In this document: in pieces, positions 9,334 to 17,682 of the stretch | How positions within the stretch are numbered: the stretch's first letter is position 1 | Layout of the letters: every line of letters starts with the position of its first letter | NCBI GenBank assembly: GCA_036555615.1 | Contig: DATBKZ010000034.1 | Location: 84,246-148,245, forward strand | Source: Burkholderiales bacterium | GTDB lineage: Bacteria > Pseudomonadota > Gammaproteobacteria > Burkholderiales > SG8-41 | Reading direction: 5' to 3' | DNA: 64,000 nt | Program-made: the position numbers and the translations under genes | The notes under the pieces: model-generated | Told to the model about the DNA's origin: nothing | The model's database searches: none | What the model saw: the letters and a program-made list of their open reading frames with translations, nothing else

Positions 9334-9352
9334 TCCGGACCGCCGCCCCCGC

Positions 9353-10834
9353 GTGATTTCCAGCCACCTGCCGATACTGCTGGTCGTCGTGCCGCTGATC
9401 GCCGCGCCGGTGATGGTGATCCTGCGCAGCGGCACCGCCGCCTGGATCCTCGCCATCGCGGTTTCGTGGGCGGCGCTGACGATTGCCGGCGCGCTGTTCA
9501 CCCAGGTTGCCGCGGGCGGCCACGTCTCGTACTTCCTCGGGAGCTGGCCCGCGCCGTGGGGCATCGAGTACCGGATCGACCGCGCCAACGCCTATCTCGC
9601 GCTGCTGGTGGGAGTGGTAGCGGCAGTGGTGTCGGTCTACAGCCCGCGCAGCATACTCGCGGAGATCGAGCCCGGCCGGCGCTACCTGTTCTACACGATG
9701 TACGCCCTGTGCCTCGCGGGGCTGCTCGGCATATCCGTGACCGGAGATGCCTTCAACCTGTTCGTATTTCTCGAGATTTCCTCGCTTTCCTCGTACGTGC
9801 TGATCGCTCTGGGCCGCGACCGCCGCGCGCTGATGGCGGCCTACCAGTACCTGATCATGGGCACGATCGGCGCCACGTTCTACGTCATTGGCGTGGGGAT
9901 GCTGTACCTCGAGACGGGCACGCTCAACCTGGCCGACATGGCGGGGCGCCTGGCGGGCGTCAGCGAGCCGCGCGCGGTGCTTGCGGCCCTCGCGTTCATC
10001 ACGGTCGGCGTCTCGCTCAAGCTCGCGCTCTTTCCGCTGCACCTGTGGCTGCCCAACGCCTACGCCTACGCGCCTTCGGTCGTGACTGCATTTCTCGCCG
10101 CTACCGCGACCAAGGTTTCCGTCTACGTGCTGCTGCGCTATTACTATTCGGTTTTTGGCGGGGGCGCGGTGTTCCAGGCGCTGCCCATGGCGGAGATCCT
10201 GCTCGCGCTCTCGCTCGCGGCCATGTTCATCGCGTCGGCGATCGCGATCTTCCAGGACGATGTCAAGCGCATGTTCGCGTATTCGAGCGTCGCCCAGATC
10301 GGCTACATCACGCTCGGCGTCGCGCTCGCCTCCGCCACCGGGCTGACCGCCGGCTTGGTCCACGTGTTCAACCACGCGCTCACCAAGGGCGCGCTGTTTC
10401 TGCTGCTCGGCGGTGTCGCGCTGCGCGCGGGATCGATGCGCCTGGGGTCGCTCGGCGGCATCGGGCGCGTGATGCCGCTCACCTCCTTTGGCATCGTGCT
10501 GGGAGGGCTCAGCCTGATCGGCGTGCCGGCAACGGTCGGCTTCGTCAGCAAGTGGTACCTGGTGCAGGCCGCGCTCGAGGGCGGCTCGCTCGGGATTGCG
10601 TTCGCGGTGGTGGCAAGCTCGCTGCTGGCGCTAGTCTACGTCTGGCGCTTCGTGGAGGTGGCGTATTTCCGCGAGCCGGATGCCAAGGTAGTCGCGCTGC
10701 GCGAGGCGCCCCTGAGCATGCTCGCGCCGGCGTGGGCGCTCGTCGCCGCCTGCATCTATTTCGGGATCGATACCGATCTCACGCTGGGCGGCGCGGCCGC
10801 CGCCGCGGAGCAACTGCTGCTGGGTGCGAAATGA
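9353..10834 (+). CDS. Antiporter-like subunit 1 (MrpD/NuoN family proton-conducting membrane subunit)
   Basis: 493 aa, about 14 TM. Carries FVFLEISSLSSYVLIAL, WLPNAYAYAPSVVTAFLA and AYSSVAQIGY motifs of the NuoL/M/N-MrpA/D superfamily. GTG 9353. Confidence 0.85.
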   Translation: MISSHLPILLVVVPLIAAPVMVILRSGTAAWILAIAVSWAALTIAGALFTQVAAGGHVSYFLGSWPAPWGIEYRIDRANAYLALLVGVVAAVVSVYSPRSILAEIEPGRRYLFYTMYALCLAGLLGISVTGDAFNLFVFLEISSLSSYVLIALGRDRRALMAAYQYLIMGTIGATFYVIGVGMLYLETGTLNLADMAGRLAGVSEPRAVLAALAFITVGVSLKLALFPLHLWLPNAYAYAPSVVTAFLAATATKVSVYVLLRYYYSVFGGGAVFQALPMAEILLALSLAAMFIASAIAIFQDDVKRMFAYSSVAQIGYITLGVALASATGLTAGLVHVFNHALTKGALFLLLGGVALRAGSMRLGSLGGIGRVMPLTSFGIVLGGLSLIGVPATVGFVSKWYLVQAALEGGSLGIAFAVVASSLLALVYVWRFVEVAYFREPDAKVVALREAPLSMLAPAWALVAACIYFGIDTDLTLGGAAAAAEQLLLGAK

Positions 10835-12300
10835 CGCCGGAGGGCCTGATCCTTGGCGCGATTGCGGTCCCGCTCGCCGGCGCCGCACTGATCGCGGCGG
10901 CGCACCGCATGCCTGACCTGCGCGAGGGCGTGACGCTGGTGACGGCGGCGGCGCTGTTCCTATTGGTTGCCGGGCTCGCACCCGAGGTGCTCGCCGGCGG
11001 TCGGCCGGGAGTGCACGTGGCGACGGTGATGCCGGGCATCGATCTCGCGTTCCGGGTCGAGCCGCTCGGCATGCTGTTTGCGCTCGTTGCCTCCGGCCTG
11101 TGGATCGTCAATTCCCTCTACTCGATCGGCTACATGCGGGGCAACCGCGAGGCGCACCAGACGCGCTATTACGTGTGCTTCGCGGCCGCGCTCGCAAGCA
11201 CCATGGGCATCGCCTTCGCCGGCAACCTGTTCACCCTGTTCCTGTTCTACGAGGCGCTGACGCTCGTCACCTATCCCCTGGTGACCCATCACGGCACCCC
11301 GGAGGCGATACGTGCCGGGCGGCTCTATCTCGCGCTGCTGATCGGCAGCTCGATTGCGCTCCTGCTGGTGGCGATCGTGTGGACGTGGTCGATCGCCGGG
11401 ACCATCGAGTTCGCCCCCGGCGGCATACTCGGGGGCCATGCTCCCAACACCACGGTCGGGCTGCTGCTCGCGCTTTATGTTTTCGGCATCGGCAAAGCGG
11501 CGGTGATGCCGGTGCACCGGTGGCTCCCGGCGGCGATGGTTGCGCCGACCCCGGTGTCCGCCCTGCTGCACGCCGTTGCGGTGGTGAAAGCGGGCGTGTT
11601 CGCGGTGCTGAAGGTGGTGGTGTACGTGTTCGGCGTGGACGCGATTGCCGGATTGAAGAGCGTGGACTGGCTGCCCTTCATCTCGGGCTTCACGATCATC
11701 GCGGCCTCGGTCGTGGCGCTGCGCTCGGACAATCTCAAGCGCCGGCTCGCGTACTCGACCGTGAGCCAGCTTTCGTACGTCGTGCTCGCCGCGGCACTGT
11801 TGACGCCGCTCTCGGTGATCGGTGCCGCGCTCCATATCGCGACGCATGCGCTCGGGAAGATCACGCTGTTCTTCTGCGCTGGCGCGATCTACACCGCGGC
11901 GCACAAGACCGAGGTGAGCGAGCTCGACGGCATCGGCCGGCGCATGCCGTGGACGATGGCTGCGTTCACCGTGGGCGCGCTCTCGCTGATCGGGGTGCCG
12001 CCAGCGGCCGGCTTCGTCAGCAAGTGGTTCATCATCTCCGGCGCGCTGCAGGCGGGGCACCACGTTGCGGTGGCGGTCTTCGTCGCGAGCACCCTGCTCA
12101 ATGCTGCCTATTTCCTGCCGATCGTGCACGCCGCGTTCTTCCGGCGCGGCCCGGAAGGCCCGCATGCCGCCCACGGCGAGGCGCCGTGGCCCATGGTGGT
12201 GGCGCTGACGATCACCGCGGGAGCGACCCTGGGGCTATTCTTTGCCGCCGACCTGCCACTTGCGCTCGCGCGCCAGCTCGTGTCCGTTCCCGCGGGCTGA
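10831..12300 (+). CDS. Antiporter-like subunit 2 (MrpD/NuoM family)
   Basis: ATG 10831 overlaps the upstream stop (ATGA). Carries FLFYEALTLVTYPLV, HRWLPAAMVAPTPVSALLHAVAVVKAG and AYSTVSQLSY. Confidence 0.85.
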   Translation: MTPEGLILGAIAVPLAGAALIAAAHRMPDLREGVTLVTAAALFLLVAGLAPEVLAGGRPGVHVATVMPGIDLAFRVEPLGMLFALVASGLWIVNSLYSIGYMRGNREAHQTRYYVCFAAALASTMGIAFAGNLFTLFLFYEALTLVTYPLVTHHGTPEAIRAGRLYLALLIGSSIALLLVAIVWTWSIAGTIEFAPGGILGGHAPNTTVGLLLALYVFGIGKAAVMPVHRWLPAAMVAPTPVSALLHAVAVVKAGVFAVLKVVVYVFGVDAIAGLKSVDWLPFISGFTIIAASVVALRSDNLKRRLAYSTVSQLSYVVLAAALLTPLSVIGAALHIATHALGKITLFFCAGAIYTAAHKTEVSELDGIGRRMPWTMAAFTVGALSLIGVPPAAGFVSKWFIISGALQAGHHVAVAVFVASTLLNAAYFLPIVHAAFFRRGPEGPHAAHGEAPWPMVVALTITAGATLGLFFAADLPLALARQLVSVPAG

Positions 12301-12312
12301 CGGAGAACTGCC

Positions 12313-12564
12313 ATGCAGAACGACAAGCGCTTCTGGCTCGATGACCCGCGCAATGTGACCAAGCTCTTCCGCGGGTTGTGGGCGATCGGCGCCGGGCTCG
12401 TGCTGGCAGAGCTCTTCGTGCACCGCCACGAGGAACTTGCGTTCGCGGGGTGGTTCGCGTTCTACGCGGTTTTCGGATTCGTCGCCTGCGTTGCGCTGGT
12501 GCTGGCGGCCAAGGAAATCCTGCGCCGCCTGGTGAAGCGCCCCGAGGACTACTATGAGCGCTGA
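12313..12564 (+). CDS. Small 2-TM membrane protein embedded in the mrp-like cluster, no family recognised
   Basis: ATG 12313 with GGAGA at 12302-12306. 83 aa with two hydrophobic helices. Its 3' end overlaps the next gene by 11 nt. GC3-rich codons. Confidence 0.55.
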   Translation: MQNDKRFWLDDPRNVTKLFRGLWAIGAGLVLAELFVHRHEELAFAGWFAFYAVFGFVACVALVLAAKEILRRLVKRPEDYYER

Positions 12565-14245
12565 CGTCCCGATTGCGCTGCTGCCGGTTCTCGGGGCCGC
12601 GCTCGTGCCGCTTGTGCGTGGGCGGCTGCGGGTGGTGCTGTTGCTGGCGCTGCCGGCGGCCACGTTCGTCTGGCTCCTGCTGTTGCCCGAGGGAGAATTC
12701 GGGCAGTTCGAGCTCCTCGGGCAGACGCTCACCCTGATGCGGGTCGACCGCCTGAGCCTCCTTTTCGGCTACGTGTTCGTTCTCGCGCTTTTTCTCACGG
12801 CAATCTACGCGCTGCACGTGGAAGATACGACCCAGCACGTCGCGGCGTTGGTCTACGGCGGGGCCGCCCTGGGAGCGGTGTTCGCGGGCGATCTCCTGAC
12901 ACTGTTCGTCTGGTGGGAGCTCACCGCGGTCTCCTCGGTGCTGCTGATCTGGGCGCGCCGCACCGAGCGGGCGTATGGCGCTGGCATGCGCTACGTGGTC
13001 ATCCAGCTCGGCTCGGGCATGCTGCTCCTCGCCGGCGCCGCGCTCCACGTGACTGCCGGGGGCTCGCTTGCCTTCGGTCACATCGGCCTGGAGAGCGCGG
13101 GCGGCGCGCTGATGCTCGCGGCAATCGGCATCAAGTGTGCCTTTCCACTGCTGCACAACTGGCTGCAGGATGCGTATCCGGAGGCGACCGAAACCGGAAC
13201 GGTGGTGCTCTCCGCGTTCACCACCAAGCTCGGCATCTATGCGCTGGCGCGCGGGTTTCCCGGGACCGAGATGTTGATCTGGATCGGCGCGGCGATGACC
13301 GCGTTCCCGATCTTCTACGCAGTTATCGAGAATGACCTGCGGCGCGTGCTCGCCTACAGCGTCAACAACCAGCTGGGATTTATGGTGGTGGGCATCGGGC
13401 TTGGCACCGAAATGGCGGTCAACGGCGCGGTGGCGCACGCTTTCGCGGACATCCTGTTCAAGATGCTGCTCTTCATGTCCATGGGGGCGGTGCTGCTGCG
13501 CACCGGCACGGTCAATGGCACCGATCTGGGAGGGCTTTACAAATCCATGCCATGGACGACCGGCTTCTGCATCGTCGGTGCCGCTTCGATCTCGGCGTTC
13601 CCGCTCTTCAGCGGCTTCGTCACCAAATCGATGGTCATGTCGGCGGCGGCAAGCGAGGGCTACGTCTTCACGTGGCTGGTGCTGCTGTTTGCCTCCGCGG
13701 GGGTGTTTCATCACGCGGGCATCAAGATCCCGTACTTCGCGTTCTTCGCGCACGACTCGGGAATCCGCTGCCGGGAGGCGCCGCCTCACATGCTGATCGC
13801 GATGGCGTTGACGGCCGCCTTGTGCGTAGGTATCGGCAGCTTCCCTGCGGCGCTGTATGCATTGTTGCCGTATCCCGTGACCTATGTGCCCTACACGGCA
13901 TCGCACGTCCTCGACCAGCTGCAATTGCTCGTATTCTCCGCGCTCGCCTTTTCCGTGCTGATGCGCACCGGGATCTATCCGCCCGAGATGCGATCCGTCA
14001 ATCTCGATTTCGATTGGATCTACCGGGGCCTCGGCTGCGACCTGGTGCGCACCATGGCCGGAATCGTTTCCGCCTGGCTGGTCGCCGGCGGCGAAATGGC
14101 GCGCTTGTTCGCGGGCCGTTCGCTGACGGCGCTCAGGCGCCATCACGGGCCCGAAAGCGCGCTCGCCCGCACCTGGCCCACGGGCAGCATGGCGCTGTGG
14201 GTGATGATCCTATTGCTTGCTTACCTGCTGTTCTACTACTTGTGA
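12554..14245 (+). CDS. Antiporter-like subunit 3 (MrpA/MrpD family, 563 aa)
   Basis: Carries FVWWELTAVSSVLLIW, LHNWLQDAYPEATETGTVVLSAFTTK and AYSVNNQLGFM motifs, about 16 TM. Confidence 0.85.
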   Translation: MSADVPIALLPVLGAALVPLVRGRLRVVLLLALPAATFVWLLLLPEGEFGQFELLGQTLTLMRVDRLSLLFGYVFVLALFLTAIYALHVEDTTQHVAALVYGGAALGAVFAGDLLTLFVWWELTAVSSVLLIWARRTERAYGAGMRYVVIQLGSGMLLLAGAALHVTAGGSLAFGHIGLESAGGALMLAAIGIKCAFPLLHNWLQDAYPEATETGTVVLSAFTTKLGIYALARGFPGTEMLIWIGAAMTAFPIFYAVIENDLRRVLAYSVNNQLGFMVVGIGLGTEMAVNGAVAHAFADILFKMLLFMSMGAVLLRTGTVNGTDLGGLYKSMPWTTGFCIVGAASISAFPLFSGFVTKSMVMSAAASEGYVFTWLVLLFASAGVFHHAGIKIPYFAFFAHDSGIRCREAPPHMLIAMALTAALCVGIGSFPAALYALLPYPVTYVPYTASHVLDQLQLLVFSALAFSVLMRTGIYPPEMRSVNLDFDWIYRGLGCDLVRTMAGIVSAWLVAGGEMARLFAGRSLTALRRHHGPESALARTWPTGSMALWVMILLLAYLLFYYL

Positions 14246-14485
14246 TGCGAGCGGCAGGACGCGGAACCCGTCAGGCCGATGCAGGTTTTTTCCCCCTGAT
14301 TTCGGTCTCCTTTCGGGATCTTCCCTTGGCTTGCTTTTGGGAAAGTCGCGGTATAGCATGGCCGCAGCGTAGTAGGGCTTCCCGCATCCCAAAATCCGCT
14401 GCCGTTATCCGATTGCCGGGATGCTCTGCCGCCGCAGTTTCGCTGACAAGTCAGTCCCGGCTATCAAGTGAGGAAGGAGAACACA

Positions 14486-15643
14486 ATGCTCAAGAAGTTT
14501 CTAAAGAAAACACCCCAGTCTATGGAAAAGCCGAGTGAATCCCGGCGCAAGTTCCTGACCGGCGCTTCCGCAGCGACGGCGGGTGCTGCCCTCACCGGGT
14601 TCCCGATGATCTCGGTCGCGCAGGCACCGGTCGTCCTGAAGATGCAGGGCGCCTGGGGCGCGAAGGACATCTTCAACGAGATGGCCGAGCAGTACGTGAA
14701 GCGCGTGAACGACATGGCGGGCGGGCGCCTGCGCATCGACTACCTCGTCGCCGGCGCGGTGGTGAAGCCCTTCGAAGTCATGGACGCGACGAGCAAGGGC
14801 GTTCTGGATTGCTGCCACAGCGTGCCGGTGTACTGGTACGGCAAGACCAAGGCGGCGTCGCTCTTCGGGACCGGGCCGGTGTTCGGCAACGACGCGCACC
14901 ACACGATCGCGTGGTTCTACGAGGGCGGCGGGAAGGCGCTCTACGACGAACTCACGCAGAAGCATTTGAAGCTCAACGTCGAAGGCTTCCTCCTGTTCCC
15001 GATGCCGACGCAGCCATTCGGCTGGTTCCGGAAGCCTGTCAAGGATGCCTCGGGGCTGAAGGGCCTGAAGTACCGCACCGTGGGACTCGCCGCGGATCTC
15101 TTCCAGGCGATGGGCGCGAAGGTGACGCAGCTGCCGGGCGGGGAGATCGTGCCGGCGCTCGAGCGCGGCGTGATCGACGCCTTCGAGTTCAACAACCCGA
15201 CTTCCGACATGCGCTTCGGCGCCCAGGACGTGCTCAAGAACTACATGATGGGCAGCTTCCACCAGGCCTCCGAGAGCTTCGAGATCGTCTTCAACAAGAA
15301 GCGCTACGATTCGCTTCCCGCCGATCTCAGGGCGATCCTCAGGACCGGCGTCGAGGCGGCCAACTCGGCGAACTTCTGGCTCGCGATGGAGAACTACTCG
15401 CGCGACCTGCAGATCCTGAAGAACAAGCACAAGGTCAACGTGATCAAGACGCCGCGGGCCATCATGGCCGAGCAGCTCAAGGCCTGGGACGTCATGACGG
15501 CGCAGTTGAGCAAGGACCCGATCATCAAGAAAATCCTCGACTCGCAGAGGGCGTGGTATTCGCGCGTCGTGTACTACCAGCAGTATAACGATGCCGATTA
15601 CCGGCTCGCCTTCGAGCACGCGTACAAGACCAAGGTCGTCTGA
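14486..15643 (+). CDS. dctP: TRAP transporter substrate-binding protein (DctP family) with a twin-arginine signal
   Basis: ATG 14486 follows AGGAAGGAGA (14471-14480). The SRRKFLTGASAATAGAALTGFPMISVAQA Tat-type leader is followed by a DctP-like fold sequence. Confidence 0.9.
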   Translation: MLKKFLKKTPQSMEKPSESRRKFLTGASAATAGAALTGFPMISVAQAPVVLKMQGAWGAKDIFNEMAEQYVKRVNDMAGGRLRIDYLVAGAVVKPFEVMDATSKGVLDCCHSVPVYWYGKTKAASLFGTGPVFGNDAHHTIAWFYEGGGKALYDELTQKHLKLNVEGFLLFPMPTQPFGWFRKPVKDASGLKGLKYRTVGLAADLFQAMGAKVTQLPGGEIVPALERGVIDAFEFNNPTSDMRFGAQDVLKNYMMGSFHQASESFEIVFNKKRYDSLPADLRAILRTGVEAANSANFWLAMENYSRDLQILKNKHKVNVIKTPRAIMAEQLKAWDVMTAQLSKDPIIKKILDSQRAWYSRVVYYQQYNDADYRLAFEHAYKTKVV

Positions 15644-15671
15644 TCGGGCCGCGGTATAGAGGATAACGATC

Positions 15672-15704
15672 GGGGCGGCGCGGTGAGCGCCGCCCCGTTT
15701 TTTT
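15672..15704 (+). terminator. Rho-independent terminator/attenuator between dctP and dctQ
   Basis: Perfect 10-bp GC stem GGGGCGGCGC/GCGCCGCCCC (15672-15681 and 15687-15696), loop GGTGA, then G + T7 (15698-15704). Confidence 0.75.
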
Positions 15705-15738
15705 GTGCGGCTAGAATGAGGCCGAAGGGGAGAAGAGC

Positions 15739-16335
15739 ATGATCAACCGCTACATTTACGGAATGGATCTGCTGAGCCGGTCGATCGGTCATGCCTTCGC
15801 GTGGTGCATCCTGATCCTCACGCTGGGCACTTCGTACGAGGTGTTCGTGCGCTACGCGCTGAACGATCCCACGAGCTGGGCGTTCGATTTCAGCTACACC
15901 ATGTACGGGGCGATGTTCTTCATGGCCGGCGCCTACGCGCTCTCGCGCGGCAGCCACGTGCGCTGCGACATGTTCTACCGCCTGTGGCCTCCGCGCGTGC
16001 AGGCGGGTATCGAGCTCGTGCTCTACATCCTGTTCTTCTTTCCCGGCATCCTTGCGCTCGTCATCTCGGGCTGGGAATACGGCGTCAGTTCGATGGGCAT
16101 TCGCGAGGTGAGCGTGAACAGCCCGGCGGGGGTGCCGATCTGGCCGCTCAAGATGCTGATCCCATTCGGCGCGGGGTTGCTTGCGCTGCAGGGCGTGGCC
16201 GAGGTCCTGCGCTGCCTCCAGTGCATCCGTGACCGGAAGTGGCCGCCGCGGCTGCACGACGTCGAGGAGCTGGAGCAGCAGCTGATCTCGGAGCACGCGA
16301 AGGCGGAAGGAGCATCGAGAGGGGGTGCGCGATGA
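15739..16335 (+). CDS. dctQ: TRAP transporter small permease (DctQ)
   Basis: 198 aa, 4 TM, positioned between dctP and dctM. Its stop overlaps the dctM start. Confidence 0.85.
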   Translation: MINRYIYGMDLLSRSIGHAFAWCILILTLGTSYEVFVRYALNDPTSWAFDFSYTMYGAMFFMAGAYALSRGSHVRCDMFYRLWPPRVQAGIELVLYILFFFPGILALVISGWEYGVSSMGIREVSVNSPAGVPIWPLKMLIPFGAGLLALQGVAEVLRCLQCIRDRKWPPRLHDVEELEQQLISEHAKAEGASRGGAR

Positions 16336-17678
16336 GCGACCCCGTCATCGCCCTCATCATGCTCGGGATCCTGGTTGCGACGATCATGATCGGATTCCCG
16401 GTCGCCTTCACCCTGATGGCGCTGGGGGTTGGGTTCGGCTACTACGCGTACTTCCAGGCGGGGCAGGCGTTCTTCGACAACCGCGTTTTCTACCTCCTTA
16501 CCCAGAACACCTTCACGGTGCTCAACAACGACGTGCTGGTGGCGGTGCCGCTCTTTCTCTTCATGGGCTACATGGTCGAGCGCTCGAACCTGCTCGACAA
16601 CCTGTTCCACAGCGTGCAGGTCGCGCTGCGGCGCGTACCCGGCTCGCTCGCGGTGGCGACGCTTGTGACCTGTGCGTTGTTTGCCACGGCAACCGGCATC
16701 GTCGGCGCAGTGGTGACGCTGATGGGCCTGCTTGCCTTTCCCCAGATGCTCAAGGCCGGATACGACGTGCGGCTCGCGTCCGGCGTCGTGTGCGCGGGGG
16801 GCTGCCTCGGCATCATGATCCCGCCCTCGATCCTGCTTATCGTGTACGGCGCGATGGCTGGACTGTCGGTCGTCCAGCTCTATGCCGCGGCGCTCTTCCC
16901 CGGTTTCCTGCTTGCCGGGATGTACATCGTCTTCGTCACGGTGCTTGCCGTGTTCAGGCCGGAGCTCGCGCCGCCGCTGCCGAAGGAGCACTTCAGGATC
17001 CCCGCCAAGGAGGTTCTCCTGCTGCTCCTCAAGTCCTTCGTGCCGCTCGCGGTGCTCATCCTGTGCGTGCTGGGCGCGATCATGCTCGGCCTGGCGACCC
17101 CGACCGAAGCGGCAGCGGTGGGAGCGTTGGGCTCGATAATCCTGTCGGCCGCCTACGGGGCGCTCAGGTGGCTAAAGCTGAAGGAATCTGTGTTCCTCAC
17201 CGCGCGCACCGCGGCGATGGTCTGCTTTCTGTTTGTCGGATCGGCGACCTTCGCGGGCGTGTTCAGCTACCTCGGGGGCGAGGGCATCATCAAGGAGTTC
17301 GTGCTCCACCTCGACCTCAACCCGGTCACTTTCCTCATCATCTCGCAGTTCATCATCTTTCTCCTCGGCTGGCCGCTCGAATGGACCGAGATCATCATCA
17401 TCTTCGTTCCGATCTTCCTGCCGCTGCTGTCGCACTTCCACGTCGATCCGCTGCTCTTCGGGATCCTGGTGGCGCTGAACCTCCAGACCGCGTTCCTGTC
17501 GCCGCCGATGGCGATGGCGGCCTACTACCTGAAGGGTATCGCGCCTCCGCACGTGCTGATTACCCAGATCTTCTGGGGCTGCCTGCCGTTCCTGTTCATC
17601 GTGGTCGTTTCGATGCTGGTGGTATACGTGTTCCCCGGCGTGTCGCTTTGGCTGCCGCGCGCGATATACGGCAACTGA
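16332..17678 (+). CDS. dctM: TRAP transporter large permease (DctM)
   Basis: ATG 16332 overlaps the dctQ stop (ATGA). 448-aa polytopic protein with DctM-type sequence (LFLFMGYMVERS...). Confidence 0.9.
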   Translation: MSDPVIALIMLGILVATIMIGFPVAFTLMALGVGFGYYAYFQAGQAFFDNRVFYLLTQNTFTVLNNDVLVAVPLFLFMGYMVERSNLLDNLFHSVQVALRRVPGSLAVATLVTCALFATATGIVGAVVTLMGLLAFPQMLKAGYDVRLASGVVCAGGCLGIMIPPSILLIVYGAMAGLSVVQLYAAALFPGFLLAGMYIVFVTVLAVFRPELAPPLPKEHFRIPAKEVLLLLLKSFVPLAVLILCVLGAIMLGLATPTEAAAVGALGSIILSAAYGALRWLKLKESVFLTARTAAMVCFLFVGSATFAGVFSYLGGEGIIKEFVLHLDLNPVTFLIISQFIIFLLGWPLEWTEIIIIFVPIFLPLLSHFHVDPLLFGILVALNLQTAFLSPPMAMAAYYLKGIAPPHVLITQIFWGCLPFLFIVVVSMLVVYVFPGVSLWLPRAIYGN

Positions 17679-17682
17679 CCCG

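Noticed and set aside
12212-14146. 644-aa minus-strand ORF
   Set aside because: It is antisense to the third MrpD-like subunit. The composition is Arg/His/Glu-rich and non-membrane, with no motif.
14246-14300. T6 tract (GCAGGTTTTTTCCCC) after the last mrp-like gene, considered as a terminator
   Set aside because: I could not find a convincing upstream stem by hand, only imperfect pairings.
14320-14345. Possible sigma-54 promoter upstream of dctP (TGGCTTGCTTTTGG)
   Set aside because: The GG and GC elements are not at the required 10-nt spacing (TGGCAC-N5-TTGCW). This is only a superficial resemblance.
14347-15659. 10-mer CGCGGTATAG on both sides of dctP (14347-14356 and 15650-15659), considered as possible target-site duplication or recombination scar
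   Set aside because: A 10-bp match is well within chance expectation. There are no flanking inverted repeats, no mobility genes, and dctP has normal composition.
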